Below, piece by piece: positions 62,655 through 64,000 of a stretch of DNA of 64,000 nucleotides (its first letter is position 1; the number at the start of each line of letters is the position of its first letter). Both the position numbers and the translations under genes were made by a program. The stretch is from Octopus sinensis (lineage: Eukaryota): assembly GCF_006345805.1 (NCBI RefSeq), contig NC_042997.1:95728001-95792000 (forward strand). Direction: 5' to 3'. Under the pieces are notes generated by a model. The model saw only the letters and a program-made list of their open reading frames with translations, had not been told where the DNA came from and did not search any database.

Positions 62655-64000
62655 ATTCGTCTGGCCGAACTTGTCCTTACTCTGAACTGCTTCTCGTTCG
62701 CGGGCGAGTTCTACCATCAGGTCTCGGGAGTGGCCATGGGAACGCGAATGGGCCCCAACTATGCGAACCTGTTCGTTGGCTATGTTGAGGCCCAAATATT
62801 CTCTAATTTCACTGGTCCCACTCCTGAACTATATGGTCGTTACATCGACGACATTATCGGTGCCACCTCACTCTCCCGCGAACATCTAGATTCCTTCCTC
62901 TCTTTCGTCCAATCTTTCCATCCAGCCCTCCACTTCACTTCCACTATCTCCAACACCTCTGTCTCCTTCCTCGACATTTCGGTTAGCATTCTTCACTCCA
63001 CTCTTACCACCTCCATTCACTACAAACACACAGACTCACACTCATACCTCAACTTCTCTTCCTCCCACCCAGAACACACCAAGCTTTCCATCCCCTATTC
63101 CCAATTCCTCCGTCTACGTAGGCTCTGTAGTGACGACCCTGACTTTGAGACTCAGTCTCAACGTATGGCTCACCACTTCACCCTACGTGGATACCCCCTC
63201 ACCACTATCCACACCGCCCTTTCCAGAGCACGGTCCGTGGACCGTGTATCTGCTCTCTCTCCCCGAACCCGCCCTGTAGTCTCCCGCCTCCCTTTTCCCC
63301 TCACTTACCACCCCACGACCCTACGTCTCCAACGCACCATTCTTCGAGCTTTCCGTCATCTCCAGTCCGACCCGTCCACTTCACACCTCTTCCCTAACCG
63401 ACCCCTCCCCTCTTTCAAACGAGCCCACAACCTTCGAGACCTTTTGGTCCATAGCTCCTTCCCTGACCCTACCTCCCAACCCGGCTCGTTCCCCTGCTCC
63501 CGCCCACGTTGCCGCACTTGCCCTTACCTCTCCAACACCACCCGCCTCACTAGCACCCACCATCGACCCTATCCCATCATCCACTCCTTCACCTGCACCT
63601 CCAGCAATATTATCTATTGCATCTCTTGCTCTCTCTGCAATTCCTTGTACATCGGACAAACGGGACGCCGCTTGGCTGACCGGTTCGCGGAACACCTTCG
63701 TGACATCCACCTTGCGAACGACACACCGGTCTCACGCCATTTCCGCTCCACCGGTCACTCCTTGCAACACCTATCTGTGTTCGGTTTGTCCTTACACAGA
63801 GGCCATCCGGATTCCCGTTTGCGCCGTGAACAGGAATTAATCTTCTCTCTTCGCTCTTATACGCCATTTGGTCTCAACTCGCACCCCTCCTCATCTAACC
63901 CCCCTCTCCCCCCTCCTGACCTATCCTTTCCCCCGACCCCTACTTCTTCAGTCCTTCATCCTTTCACCCCTACTCCCCTTCCCTTCTTCCCTCTTTCTCC
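62655..64000 (+). CDS. Penelope-like retroelement RT + GIY-YIG ORF (5'-truncated at (TA)n, no stop, open to the window end)
   Basis: Hand translation of about 448 codons without a stop: QVSGVAMGTRMGPNYANLF, RYIDD, FLDI, YKHTDSHSYLNFSSSHP, CSRPRCRTC, NIIYCISCSLCNSLYIGQTGRRLADRFAEH, REQELIFSL..PFGLN. Confidence 0.93.
   Translation, partial: MRLAELVLTLNCFSFAGEFYHQVSGVAMGTRMGPNYANLFVGYVEAQIFSNFTGPTPELYGRYIDDIIGATSLSREHLDSFLSFVQSFHPALHFTSTISNTSVSFLDISVSILHSTLTTSIHYKHTDSHSYLNFSSSHPEHTKLSIPYSQFLRLRRLCSDDPDFETQSQRMAHHFTLRGYPLTTIHTALSRARSVDRVSALSPRTRPVVSRLPFPLTYHPTTLRLQRTILRAFRHLQSDPSTSHLFPNRPLPSFKRAHNLRDLLVHSSFPDPTSQPGSFPCSRPRCRTCPYLSNTTRLTSTHHRPYPIIHSFTCTSSNIIYCISCSLCNSLYIGQTGRRLADRFAEHLRDIHLANDTPVSRHFRSTGHSLQHLSVFGLSLHRGHPDSRLRREQELIFSLRSYTPFGLNSHPSSSNPPLPPPDLSFPPTPTSSVLHPFTPTPLPFFPLS

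Overview
AT-rich, microsatellite-dense eukaryotic DNA. The tRNA-derived SINE families look like those of octopus/coleoid cephalopods (my recollection of those families, not a search result). No host protein-coding gene can be identified with confidence; there are only two weak exon candidates on the - strand, and most ORFs in the supplied track are translated microsatellites. The window is a transposon graveyard: Penelope-like retroelements (PLEs) of apparently more than one clade, including a stop-free RT + GIY-YIG ORF at 62655-64000 that the ORF track misses because it runs off the window end; a CR1-type LINE; a Dong/R4-type LINE; and remnants of RTE, mariner, hAT and Helitron elements, a MITE and many SINEs. 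The main signal is an RNA one. I count 24 minimal type-I hammerhead ribozyme (HHR) motifs from about 10 sequence families: 14 with a canonical core, 4 with family-level core variants (U3:A8 or U6) and 6 damaged. Nearly all have a palindromic stem III. They sit in non-coding PLE-type terminal repeats next to microsatellites, mostly (TA)n, and are arranged as head-to-head fold-backs, as retrozyme-like tandem arrays (358, 478 and 512 bp periods), and in one tRNA-headed SINE-like element. All structures were parsed by eye; catalytic activity and expression are untested.
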